From the NCBI GenBank assembly GCA_018304175.1, contig JAGVWT010000007.1, positions 1 through 22,999 of the forward strand: a stretch of DNA of 22,999 bases. The letters run 5' to 3'. Positions 8,538 to 16,534 of the stretch are shown piece by piece. The position numbers and the translations under genes were made by a program. The notes beneath the pieces are model-generated. The model was not told the origin of the DNA and ran no database searches. It saw only the letters and a program-made list of their open reading frames with translations. Origin of the DNA: Candidatus Pacearchaeota archaeon (GTDB lineage Archaea > Nanobdellota > Nanobdellia > Pacearchaeales > GW2011-AR1). Within the stretch, counting starts at the first letter, position 1. The number at the start of each line of letters is the position of its first letter.

Positions 8538-8827
8538 TAAAATTTAAGATTTTAAAGATAAATTTAACAAAATTGCTTTGTTTAATTCACACATTGTCTT
8601 ACCATTACATGATAAAATTTTCAAGTTAATATATTCATGTTCAGATATTAATATTATTTTTAATGTATAAAACAAAAGTTTATGTTAACAATCTACACTA
8701 ATTTCAAACGAGTTTACGAGTGGGAAATTTTTGAATAACACAGTGAGTAAGGGGGATTTAAACAGGTATTAATTTTCAAAATCTTCTTTTACAAAACTTT
8801 TATAAATAAGTTTTTATTTATTATAAA

Positions 8828-10777
8828 ATGAAAAGAGTTGGAAATGTTTTATTTTTTTATCTATTTTTTATGTTTTTTAGTATTTTTGCTTCAAGTTTCA
8901 TAATAGTTTCTGCTCAAGAAAATGATTCTGGACTAGGGGGCGTTGAAGTTGAGGATGACGATAGTGATTCTGATGCAGTGTCTGAAAGTGATGTTAGTGC
9001 TGATATTGAAACTGATGTAGAAAGTTTTGATGATGCTGATGTAGAAGATTCAGATTTTGAAGAAGATTTTAATGAAGATGACGCAAGCAGTGTTGAAAAT
9101 GAAATTAATTTTGAAGAAGATGTTGAACTTGAAACAAGTGAAGGAATAACACCTGATTCTGCATTGTATTTTTTTGATGAATTTACAGACCAGTTTGGAG
9201 ATAGGATTGATGTAAGGGAAGAGAAGATTGCAGAAATTCGTGCTATGATACAAGAAGGCAAGATTGAAGAAGCAAAAATAGCGCTTGCAAATTATATAAA
9301 ACATGCAGAGGAACTTGAAAGAGAAGTTTCTCCAGAGGAAAGGGAAAGAGCCAGAGAGAGTGCGTCTGCAATTTATAATGTTTTAAAAGAAATAGAAGGT
9401 GAAATTCCTGAGGAATACAGAGGTGAGTTTTTCGATGATATAATCGAAAGGGAGGGTAGAATTATTACTGCTGCAGAAATTGCATCAAAAATTAAAGAAC
9501 TCTGTGAAGGACTTTCTGAATTGGATCCTTTAGAATATTCGCGTGTATGTAAAATAGATGATAATGCTCCTACATGGCAGCAGAGATTAGACCGGGATTT
9601 AACCGACGAGCAAAGAGAAGAAGCAAAGAAATTCGGGAAAATTATGCAACAGTGTTTTGAGACTGCTGGACAGGAATGTGCGTGCGAAGAAATTCCGTTC
9701 GCAGACTTTGCCGAAGCATGTTCTATAGCAGCACCGTTGGCTACTGCATGTGAAATTGAAGGCAATGATGAAGCATGTGAACAAATGGACAATTTGGAGA
9801 TGCCTGAGTTGCCAGATTACTTACAAGATATTATGGATGATTTGGAAAATGATGTCTCTGGCTCAAGAATGGATCTTCATATGCCAAGAGAGTGTAGGGA
9901 AGCAGGGGCTACAAATCAAAGAGATTGCATGATAGTAATGGTTGAGACGCATGCACCTCCTGAATGTAAGCAGGCAATTTTAGATTCAAATGTGCAGAGT
10001 GAGAGAGAAGCAAGAGAAATCTGTGAAAAAATAATGTTTGAGCAAAATGCGCCATTTGAGTGTGTTGAAGCAGGACTAACAAATCCTAAAGAATGTGGAA
10101 GATTTATGTTTGAACAGAATGCTCCGCAAGAATGTATTGATGCAGGCTTGACTGGTGAACACAGAAATGATCCTAGAAAGTGTGAAGAGCTCATGATGGA
10201 ACTTGGAGGGTTTGACAATAGGGGACATGGAAATTTCCGTGACAGAGGATTTGCATCAGGAGCAAACTGCAAGACCATAAGTAATCCTGAAGAAAGATTA
10301 GCATGTTATGACGGAGCAACTCAGGGAATAAATGACTTTAATTCAAGATTCCAAGAAACAAAAGAAAGGGAAAGGATGTGTGCTCAAAGCTGTCTTAGCC
10401 AAGGGGGAGCGTGGGACTTTTCAAACGGAGAATGTACTTGCAATTTTGATAATTTTAGAGAGGAATTTAATAGCAAATTTGAAGGGAATTTCCAAGAAGA
10501 TTTTAAAGATGAATTCAGCGAGGAATTTTCTCCTCCTGAAGGGTTTGAAGAAGGGGAATTTATCCCTTTTGAAGATGAGTTTAACGAATTTGATAATTCT
10601 GGAGAGGGAAGCTTTTCGTTTGGAACAGGTATTGAAGGAAGTTTTGAAGAAGATAATTCCGGTTCAAGTGATAGTTCTGGTGGCAGTTCAGAAGAAATTA
10701 CGAGTGAAGAATCTCCAGATGAAATAACAGGAAGTTTCATAACAGGAAATGTATTTTTGGATTATCGTTTCGGATAA
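8828..10777 (+). CDS. Acidic Cys-rich secreted protein (649 aa) with a DUF5667-like domain and Cys-containing helical repeats
   Basis: Signal peptide ending VSA-QE; D/E/S-rich linker; GITPDSALYFFDEF...EEKIAEIRAMIQEGKIEEAKIAL (DUF5667-like, typical of DPANN/CPR); about 22 Cys by my count; E/F-rich tail ending ITGSFITGNVFLDYRFG. Confidence 0.9.
   Translation: MKRVGNVLFFYLFFMFFSIFASSFIIVSAQENDSGLGGVEVEDDDSDSDAVSESDVSADIETDVESFDDADVEDSDFEEDFNEDDASSVENEINFEEDVELETSEGITPDSALYFFDEFTDQFGDRIDVREEKIAEIRAMIQEGKIEEAKIALANYIKHAEELEREVSPEERERARESASAIYNVLKEIEGEIPEEYRGEFFDDIIEREGRIITAAEIASKIKELCEGLSELDPLEYSRVCKIDDNAPTWQQRLDRDLTDEQREEAKKFGKIMQQCFETAGQECACEEIPFADFAEACSIAAPLATACEIEGNDEACEQMDNLEMPELPDYLQDIMDDLENDVSGSRMDLHMPRECREAGATNQRDCMIVMVETHAPPECKQAILDSNVQSEREAREICEKIMFEQNAPFECVEAGLTNPKECGRFMFEQNAPQECIDAGLTGEHRNDPRKCEELMMELGGFDNRGHGNFRDRGFASGANCKTISNPEERLACYDGATQGINDFNSRFQETKERERMCAQSCLSQGGAWDFSNGECTCNFDNFREEFNSKFEGNFQEDFKDEFSEEFSPPEGFEEGEFIPFEDEFNEFDNSGEGSFSFGTGIEGSFEEDNSGSSDSSGGSSEEITSEESPDEITGSFITGNVFLDYRFG
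9881..10195 (+). repeat. Four degenerate ~24-32-aa Cys-pair protein repeats (P-x-EC-x-x-AG-x-T...C-x-x-x-M)
   Basis: MPRECREAGATNQRDCMIVM / APPECKQA...EICEKIMFEQN / APFECVEAGLTNPKECGRFMFEQN / APQECIDAGLTGEHRNDPRKCEELM. Confidence 0.8.
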
Positions 10778-10811
10778 AAACATTTAATAATTCTTTTTGC
10801 CTGTTTTTAAA

Positions 10812-11780
10812 ATGCCTAAAGTTTTAAGTATTGACGAAAAAATTGAATTGATAAAAAGAAACACTGAGGAAATCATAACTTTAGATTCATTGAAAGAACT
10901 CATAAAAGAAAAGAAAAATCCTAGAGTTTATTGTGGCTATGAGCTTTCAGGACCTATGCATTTGGGACATTTTGTTACAATCACAAAACTTCTTGATTTA
11001 CAAAAAGCTGGATTCAAAATTGTTATATTACTAGCAGATGTTCATACAATGCTGAATAGAAAAGGAGATTTTGATGGAATTAAAAAAGAGGTTAACAACT
11101 GGAAAAAAACAATGAAAGCGATAGGGATAAACGCAGAAATTGTTTTGGGAAGTGATTTTGAATTTGATAAAAATTATCAGTTGGATGTTATGAAGCTTTC
11201 ACAAAATTCGTCGATAAACCGTGGTTTGAGGAGCATGCAAGAAATTGCTCGCGATGTTGAGAACGCGACGATTTCGCAGTTGTGGTATCCTCTGATGCAG
11301 GTTGCAGATATAAAACACCTTAACGTTGATGTTGCTCTTGGGGGAATTGAGCAGAGAAAAGTTCACATGATTGGAAAAGATATGTCAAAAGTAATTGGGT
11401 ATGATTTTGTTGCAATTCATACACCCTTAATAACCTCACTAAAAGGGCCTGGACAGAAAATGTCAAAATCCATTCCCGGAAGCGGAATAAGCGTTACAGA
11501 TTCACTTGATGAAATAAAAAAAGCAATAAAATCGGCTTACTGTCCTGAAAAAACATCGAATGATAACCCAATTCTGCAAATTTTCCAGCTAGTAATTTTT
11601 CCGCGATTTGATGTTGAAATAAAAAGACAGGAAAAATTTGGTGGAAATATCAAATTCAAAAATTATCAAGATTTAGAAAAAATTTATTTTCAAGGAAAAA
11701 TTCATCCTTTAGATTTGAAAGAAGCATGTATTGAATATTTGTGGAAAATTACAGAGTCAATCAGAAAAAATTGGAAGTGA
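10812..11780 (+). CDS. tyrS: Tyrosyl-tRNA synthetase (archaeal type)
   Basis: VYCGYELSGPMHLGH (HIGH), YPLMQVADI, GGIEQRKVH, KMSKS. ATG 10812 is preferred to TTG 10797 because the TATA-like catttaataa lies about 25-30 nt upstream. Confidence 0.97.
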   Translation: MPKVLSIDEKIELIKRNTEEIITLDSLKELIKEKKNPRVYCGYELSGPMHLGHFVTITKLLDLQKAGFKIVILLADVHTMLNRKGDFDGIKKEVNNWKKTMKAIGINAEIVLGSDFEFDKNYQLDVMKLSQNSSINRGLRSMQEIARDVENATISQLWYPLMQVADIKHLNVDVALGGIEQRKVHMIGKDMSKVIGYDFVAIHTPLITSLKGPGQKMSKSIPGSGISVTDSLDEIKKAIKSAYCPEKTSNDNPILQIFQLVIFPRFDVEIKRQEKFGGNIKFKNYQDLEKIYFQGKIHPLDLKEACIEYLWKITESIRKNWK

Positions 11781-12161
11781 TTATTTATCCTTCCCGAAAC
11801 TAAAGTTAAAATTATATCCTTCTCTCGGGACGTTTTTTCCTTTATCAATAAGTTCAATTCCTCTTCTTACTACTTCTGATGGTGTGTTATATACCTCTCC
11901 TAAAATATCTGAAGCAGCACTCTTTGCAGCTTCATTGTTGTCGTAGCCGTAGCGGTTTCTGAATCTTTGATTGATTATGTCGCCGAGTTGTCTAAATGAT
12001 TCTTGTGTTTTTATAACACCTGAATCGTTTCTAATGGCTTGCCCAATTCTGTTCTCCAAACGCGTTACGTTGTTATTTTGATTATTCTGCGCGTGAACAC
12101 TTGTTGTTAAAACCAACGACGTTCCAATAACTCCTAAAAAATAATTCAAACCTCTTTTCAT
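11781..12161 (-). CDS. Small secreted hypothetical protein (126 aa)
   Basis: Strong RBS gaggtga 3 nt before the ATG; signal peptide MKRGLNYFLGVIGTSLVLTTSVHA-Q; its stop abuts the tyrS stop with no gap. Confidence 0.75.
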   Translation of the reverse strand: MKRGLNYFLGVIGTSLVLTTSVHAQNNQNNNVTRLENRIGQAIRNDSGVIKTQESFRQLGDIINQRFRNRYGYDNNEAAKSAASDILGEVYNTPSEVVRRGIELIDKGKNVPREGYNFNFSFGKDK

Positions 12162-12206
12162 TTTTCACCTCTTTTCCCAGTCATTTTATTAAGAAGTTGC
12201 TTATAT

Positions 12207-13139
12207 TTATAAATTTAACTTTAATTTGAATTCTATAATATCCATATCCTTCAGAACATGTGTTAAACTCACAATTTGATTTGAAAATTTACTGCTAGGT
12301 CCTGTGATTCGCGACTCTTTAATTTTTTCAATGTTTTTAAAAACTTTTTTTGCTATGTCTTTTACAGTACTATTTTCATCTAAAATGATTGGATTTTCTG
12401 ATTTATTTTTTCCGGGCTCTTTTGTATAAACCCTTATTTTATCAAAACTCTGGAAGATCTTATTTTTCAATTCTTCTAATCCCCCATAATTTTTATTGGA
12501 AATTATTGTGAAGTTGTATTTTTTACTTTGAAGATTTGCAGTGATTTTTCTTTTCTCATCGTTACTTAATAAATCTGTTTTATTGAAGACGATTAGCTGC
12601 TTTCCTTTTACCTTTTCCAAATGTTTTCTTATTTCTTCAATTTGTGCTAATTTTGTTACTAAAATTAAAATAACATCTGCACTATTTGTTAAACCTTTGT
12701 CGTAATATTCTGATTCAATAGCAGGAATTTCTATTAACTGTATTTTTATTCCTTGTCCATAATTTATCATCCCTATTTCCGGAGTTTTTGTTGTAAACGA
12801 AACATTTTCTCCTGAAGAAATTTTTGGCTTCGCGTTTGTTAATGAAGAAATTAGTGAAGATTTGCCTGAATTTGTAAAACCGATTATTGCTGCCTGCATA
12901 TCTTCTTTTTTAATTCCTTTTTTGCCTGATGTTTTTGAAACCTTTTTATATCTCTCAATTTTTTCTTTGAGCTTTTTAAATCGAGTTTTTAGCTGTGCAA
13001 GCATTTTTTCTGCCGATTTGTGTTTCGGACATTCCTTTATCATTTCTTCTAATGCCTCTAGTCTCTGCCCGTCGTTTTGTGCACTCAGAAATTTTGATTC
13101 TGCTTTTTGATATTGCGGTGATTGATTTGTTGAAGCCAT
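12207..13139 (-). CDS. DRG/OBG-superfamily GTPase with C-terminal TGS domain
   Basis: N-terminal helical ECPKHKSAEKMLAQLK; G1 GFTNSGKS; G2 FTT; G4 NKTD; TGS-like RVYTKEPGK...STVKDIAKKV...HVLKDMDIIEF. G3 is atypical (EIPA). Confidence 0.85.
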   Translation of the reverse strand: MASTNQSPQYQKAESKFLSAQNDGQRLEALEEMIKECPKHKSAEKMLAQLKTRFKKLKEKIERYKKVSKTSGKKGIKKEDMQAAIIGFTNSGKSSLISSLTNAKPKISSGENVSFTTKTPEIGMINYGQGIKIQLIEIPAIESEYYDKGLTNSADVILILVTKLAQIEEIRKHLEKVKGKQLIVFNKTDLLSNDEKRKITANLQSKKYNFTIISNKNYGGLEELKNKIFQSFDKIRVYTKEPGKNKSENPIILDENSTVKDIAKKVFKNIEKIKESRITGPSSKFSNQIVSLTHVLKDMDIIEFKLKLNL

Positions 13140-13172
13140 ATAGCTTTTAAACCAACATGGCTTAAAAAATTT
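13140..13172. promoter_or_regulatory. 33-bp bidirectional promoter region for two likely leaderless transcripts
   Basis: atagcttttaaaccaacatggcttaaaaaattt: ttttaaa about 25 nt before ATG 13173 (+) and tttttaag on the minus strand about 25 nt before ATG 13139 (-). There is no room for an RBS. Confidence 0.6.
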
Positions 13173-13928
13173 ATGAATAAAAAGGAAGTTCTTAAAAAAA
13201 TAATGGAAAAGAAAGAATTTTCAGAGCTTCCTATTGAAGATGTTGAAATGGCCCTTTTTTTGTGTTTTAACAAGGATTTATCTGAGAAAGGGCAAATCAA
13301 ATACACGCGAGAAGTGCTTCATAGGGTTTATGGGGCTTTTGGAAGCAGGAAGTTACTTGTTTCTAAAGAGAGAAATCCGGAGTGGATTTTGAAAAAACAT
13401 CTTTCAACTAGAGAAAGATTGCCTTACTACAAAGAAATTTATAGCAGGCTTCTGAAAAATCAAAAACAGGTTACAATAATAGATTTGGGTGCAGGCGTCA
13501 ATGGGTTTTCTTTGGGATTTATTTCCGGAATAAGATATGTTGGGATTGAAGGAATTGGGCAACTTGTTAACTTAATGAATGATTATTTTAAAAAACAAAA
13601 ACTTAATGCAAAAGCGATTCATTTGAGTTTGTTTCAGTTTGAGAAAATAAAAAATTTGATAAAAAAAGAAAAAGGAAAAAAAATTGTGTTTTTGTTTAAA
13701 GTTTTGGATTCCTTGGAAATTTTGGATAGAAATTATTCAAAAAAGCTGATTATTGAAATATCTAGTTTAGTAGATGAAATAGTTGTGAGTTTTGCTACAA
13801 GAAGTATGGTAAAAAGGAAAAAATTCTTTGCAAATAGGAAGTGGATTATTGATTTTATAAAGGAAAACTTTAAAATTATTGATGATTTTGAGCTTGGGGG
13901 AGAGAGATATACAGTCTTTGAAAAATGA
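13173..13928 (+). CDS. ArmA/Rmt/Sgm (FmrO)-family 16S rRNA m7G1405 methyltransferase homologue
   Basis: Family motifs in the correct order across the full length: KKEFSEL, LHRVYGAF, HLSTRERL (HxSTxER), IDLGAGVNG (SAM motif I), FLFKVLDSLE, VVSFATRSM, ELGGERYTVF. Confidence 0.8.
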   Translation: MNKKEVLKKIMEKKEFSELPIEDVEMALFLCFNKDLSEKGQIKYTREVLHRVYGAFGSRKLLVSKERNPEWILKKHLSTRERLPYYKEIYSRLLKNQKQVTIIDLGAGVNGFSLGFISGIRYVGIEGIGQLVNLMNDYFKKQKLNAKAIHLSLFQFEKIKNLIKKEKGKKIVFLFKVLDSLEILDRNYSKKLIIEISSLVDEIVVSFATRSMVKRKKFFANRKWIIDFIKENFKIIDDFELGGERYTVFEK

Positions 13929-13942
13929 ATTTATAAGTCAAA

Positions 13943-15148
13943 ATGAAAGAAAACTTTAGAAAAAAAGTCCTGAAAAATGGCTTGACAATACTATTTGAAA
14001 AGAGAGAACTGCCTGTTGTTAGTATTGCAATCGCTGTTAAATGCGGCGGAATGTATGAATCGGAAAATGAAAAAGGAATTTCCCATTTTATAGAACATAT
14101 GCTTTACAAAGGCACTTCAAAAAGAACCCCAAAACAAATTTCTGAGGAAATAGAGAAAAATGGAGGAGTCATGAATGGTTTTACCGACGAGAATGTTACA
14201 GCTTTTTGGTGTAAGATGCCGAGTGTTCATTTAGACATTGGGCTGGACGTTCTTATAGATATGATGAGCAATTCCTTATTCGATGAAAAAGAGATGGAAA
14301 AAGAGAGAAAAGTTATTTTTGAGGAATTAAAAATGAGGAAAGATAACCCCCAGATTTATTCAATTGATCAAAATATGGGTCTAATATATGAAAAACCTTT
14401 CGGAATTCCTTTGATAGGTAATGAGAAGAGCATGAATTCTATAAACAGAAAAAAAATTATTCAAAGATTCAAAGAATTTTATCATCCAAAAAACATGATC
14501 CTGTGTGTTGTTGGAAATGCTGATTTTGAAAGAGTTGTGAGATTCGCTGAAAAAAGTTTTGGAAGAACAGATGGAAAACCAAAAAAATTCAAAATAAAAC
14601 AAAAACAGAGTTCTAAGACAGAAAAAAGAAAAGGAATTTCTCAGACAAATATTATTTTTTCTTATCATACTCCTTTGTACTCTGATAAAAAAAGTTTTGC
14701 TGCTGAGGTGTTAAATACACTGATGGCCCAAGGGATGTCGTCGAGACTTTTTATGGAAATAAGGGAGAAGAGAAATCTTGCTTATGCAATTCAAGGATAT
14801 TCCCAAATAAACAAAGATTTTTCATATAGTATGATTTATGTTGGGACTACAAAAGAAAATGTTGGAAAGGTTAAGAAGCTTGTACTGGAAGAGTTTGAAA
14901 AAGTTGCAAAAAATTTTACGGAAAGAGGATTGAATCAAATCAAGGAGCAATTGAAAGGAACTCACAAAATTTCTATGGAAGATTCAACAAATCAGATGGT
15001 TGGCCTTATTGCTAGTGAAGTAAATGGTAAAGCAGAGGATTATTATGATTTTGGCAAAAATGTAGATGGCGTCAAATTAAAAGATGTTATAGAGTTGTCA
15101 AAAAAAGCGGCAAAAAAACACAGTTTTTTTGTCCTAATTCCTGGTTGA
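13943..15148 (+). CDS. M16 (insulinase/pitrilysin) family zinc peptidase
   Basis: GISHFIEHMLYKGT (HxxEH), NGFT, downstream Glu in VIFEEL, GMSSRLFMEIREKRNLAY in the C-domain. Confidence 0.95.
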   Translation: MKENFRKKVLKNGLTILFEKRELPVVSIAIAVKCGGMYESENEKGISHFIEHMLYKGTSKRTPKQISEEIEKNGGVMNGFTDENVTAFWCKMPSVHLDIGLDVLIDMMSNSLFDEKEMEKERKVIFEELKMRKDNPQIYSIDQNMGLIYEKPFGIPLIGNEKSMNSINRKKIIQRFKEFYHPKNMILCVVGNADFERVVRFAEKSFGRTDGKPKKFKIKQKQSSKTEKRKGISQTNIIFSYHTPLYSDKKSFAAEVLNTLMAQGMSSRLFMEIREKRNLAYAIQGYSQINKDFSYSMIYVGTTKENVGKVKKLVLEEFEKVAKNFTERGLNQIKEQLKGTHKISMEDSTNQMVGLIASEVNGKAEDYYDFGKNVDGVKLKDVIELSKKAAKKHSFFVLIPG

Positions 15149-15187
15149 GGAAGTTAATCTTAAAAACTTCCTTATTTTTTGATTTTT

Positions 15188-15994
15188 ATGTTTATAGTAA
15201 AAGTTCCTGGAATAAACGGGTTGAGGAAAACAAATGGTTGCAAGGAAGCAGGAAATGCAATTATAGGTGAACTTAAAAATTTTTCTTTGAGCGAATTCGG
15301 AAAAAATATAAATTTTGATTCTTTAGATTTTGAAGAAATACACCTCGATAATTCAGACCTTAAACATTCTGATAATTTGATTCATAAAAACTGTATGAAA
15401 ATTTTTGAAACAAAACCAAAAACTGTTTTTCTTGGTGGAGATCATTCTGTAAGTTACTCAATATTGAAAGCATTTTCTGAATACTGTGATAATGAAAATA
15501 AAAAGCCGTGTTTGATTATTTTTGATGCGTGTGTTGATTTAGCTGAAAATTCCGAAGTTCCAAATAATAACAATTGGCTAAAGGAACTTATTGATATAGG
15601 TTTTCCAGCCGAAAATGTATTAATCGTTGGTGCAAGAAGTATATCTTATGAAGAAAAAGAATTAGTAAAAAGCAAAGGGATTAAATTGATTCAGATGAGC
15701 ACTCTTTTTGAAGATATAAAAGGAATTTGTGATACTATTATGGAATTTTCTCGTGGAAAAGAGCTTTATATTTCAATTGACATAAGTGTTGTTGATCCTG
15801 CATTCGCTCCTTCGACGATTCATTCTGAAACTGGTGGATTAAGCAGCAGGGAATTTATTTATCTTATTCAGAGATTAAATAAAGTAAAAAATCTCAAGGC
15901 AGCCGATATTGTAGAAATAAACTCTGAAGATGATAATAAAAGAGATAACCTCACTGTTAAACTTGGTGCTAAAATATTAAGCGAGCTGATTTAA
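15188..15994 (+). CDS. Arginase/agmatinase (ureohydrolase)-fold protein with degenerate metal site
   Basis: LGGDHS, FDACVD (canonical DAHxD), SIDISVVDPAFAP (canonical DxD), GGLSSRE, DIVEIN. ATG 15188 is preferred to TTG 15179. Confidence 0.9.
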   Translation: MFIVKVPGINGLRKTNGCKEAGNAIIGELKNFSLSEFGKNINFDSLDFEEIHLDNSDLKHSDNLIHKNCMKIFETKPKTVFLGGDHSVSYSILKAFSEYCDNENKKPCLIIFDACVDLAENSEVPNNNNWLKELIDIGFPAENVLIVGARSISYEEKELVKSKGIKLIQMSTLFEDIKGICDTIMEFSRGKELYISIDISVVDPAFAPSTIHSETGGLSSREFIYLIQRLNKVKNLKAADIVEINSEDDNKRDNLTVKLGAKILSELI

Positions 15995-16534
15995 ATGAGG
16001 TGTTTTGTATCAATAAATTTTTCAGAAGAAGTGGAAAAAGAAATCAGAAAAATACAAAGTTTATTGCCTAAGTTTTCAGGAAAGAAGACTGAACCAGGTA
16101 GTTTACATTTAACTTTGAAGTTTCTTAGAGAGGTTGATGAAAACAAAATTAATGGGATAATTGATAGACTAAGAGAAATTAATTCTGAAAAATTTGATGC
16201 AGAGATAGATTCCATTGGTTTTTTTGATAATCGGAAATCAAGAAAGTATGAAAGGCAGATAATTATTTGGTTGCGTATGTTAAATTGCGAAAAACTCCAG
16301 AAAAAAGTTGATAATTCTTTAAAGAGCTTATTTGAAATGGAAAAAAGATTCATGAGCCATATAACAATTGCCAGGGTTAAAGATGTAAAGGACAAAAAAA
16401 GATTTTTGGAAGAATTGAAAAAAATTAAAATTCCTAAAATAAAGTTTGAAGTTAGTGAATTTTATTTAATGAAAAGTGATTTGAGTAAAGACAAGCCAAC
16501 ATACACAGTCTTGGAAAAATTCAAGCTTAATTAA
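15995..16534 (+). CDS. thpR: RNA 2',3'-cyclic phosphodiesterase (2H phosphoesterase, LigT/ThpR family)
   Basis: MRCFVSI start, two HxT motifs (HLTL, HITI), C-terminal FYLMKSDL...PTYTVL. Confidence 0.92.
   Translation: MRCFVSINFSEEVEKEIRKIQSLLPKFSGKKTEPGSLHLTLKFLREVDENKINGIIDRLREINSEKFDAEIDSIGFFDNRKSRKYERQIIIWLRMLNCEKLQKKVDNSLKSLFEMEKRFMSHITIARVKDVKDKKRFLEELKKIKIPKIKFEVSEFYLMKSDLSKDKPTYTVLEKFKLN

Noticed and set aside
6831-11780. Functional link between the Tyr-rich giant protein and the nearby tyrS
   Set aside because: tyrS has its own promoter and a Tyr-poor gene lies between them; adjacency alone is not evidence.
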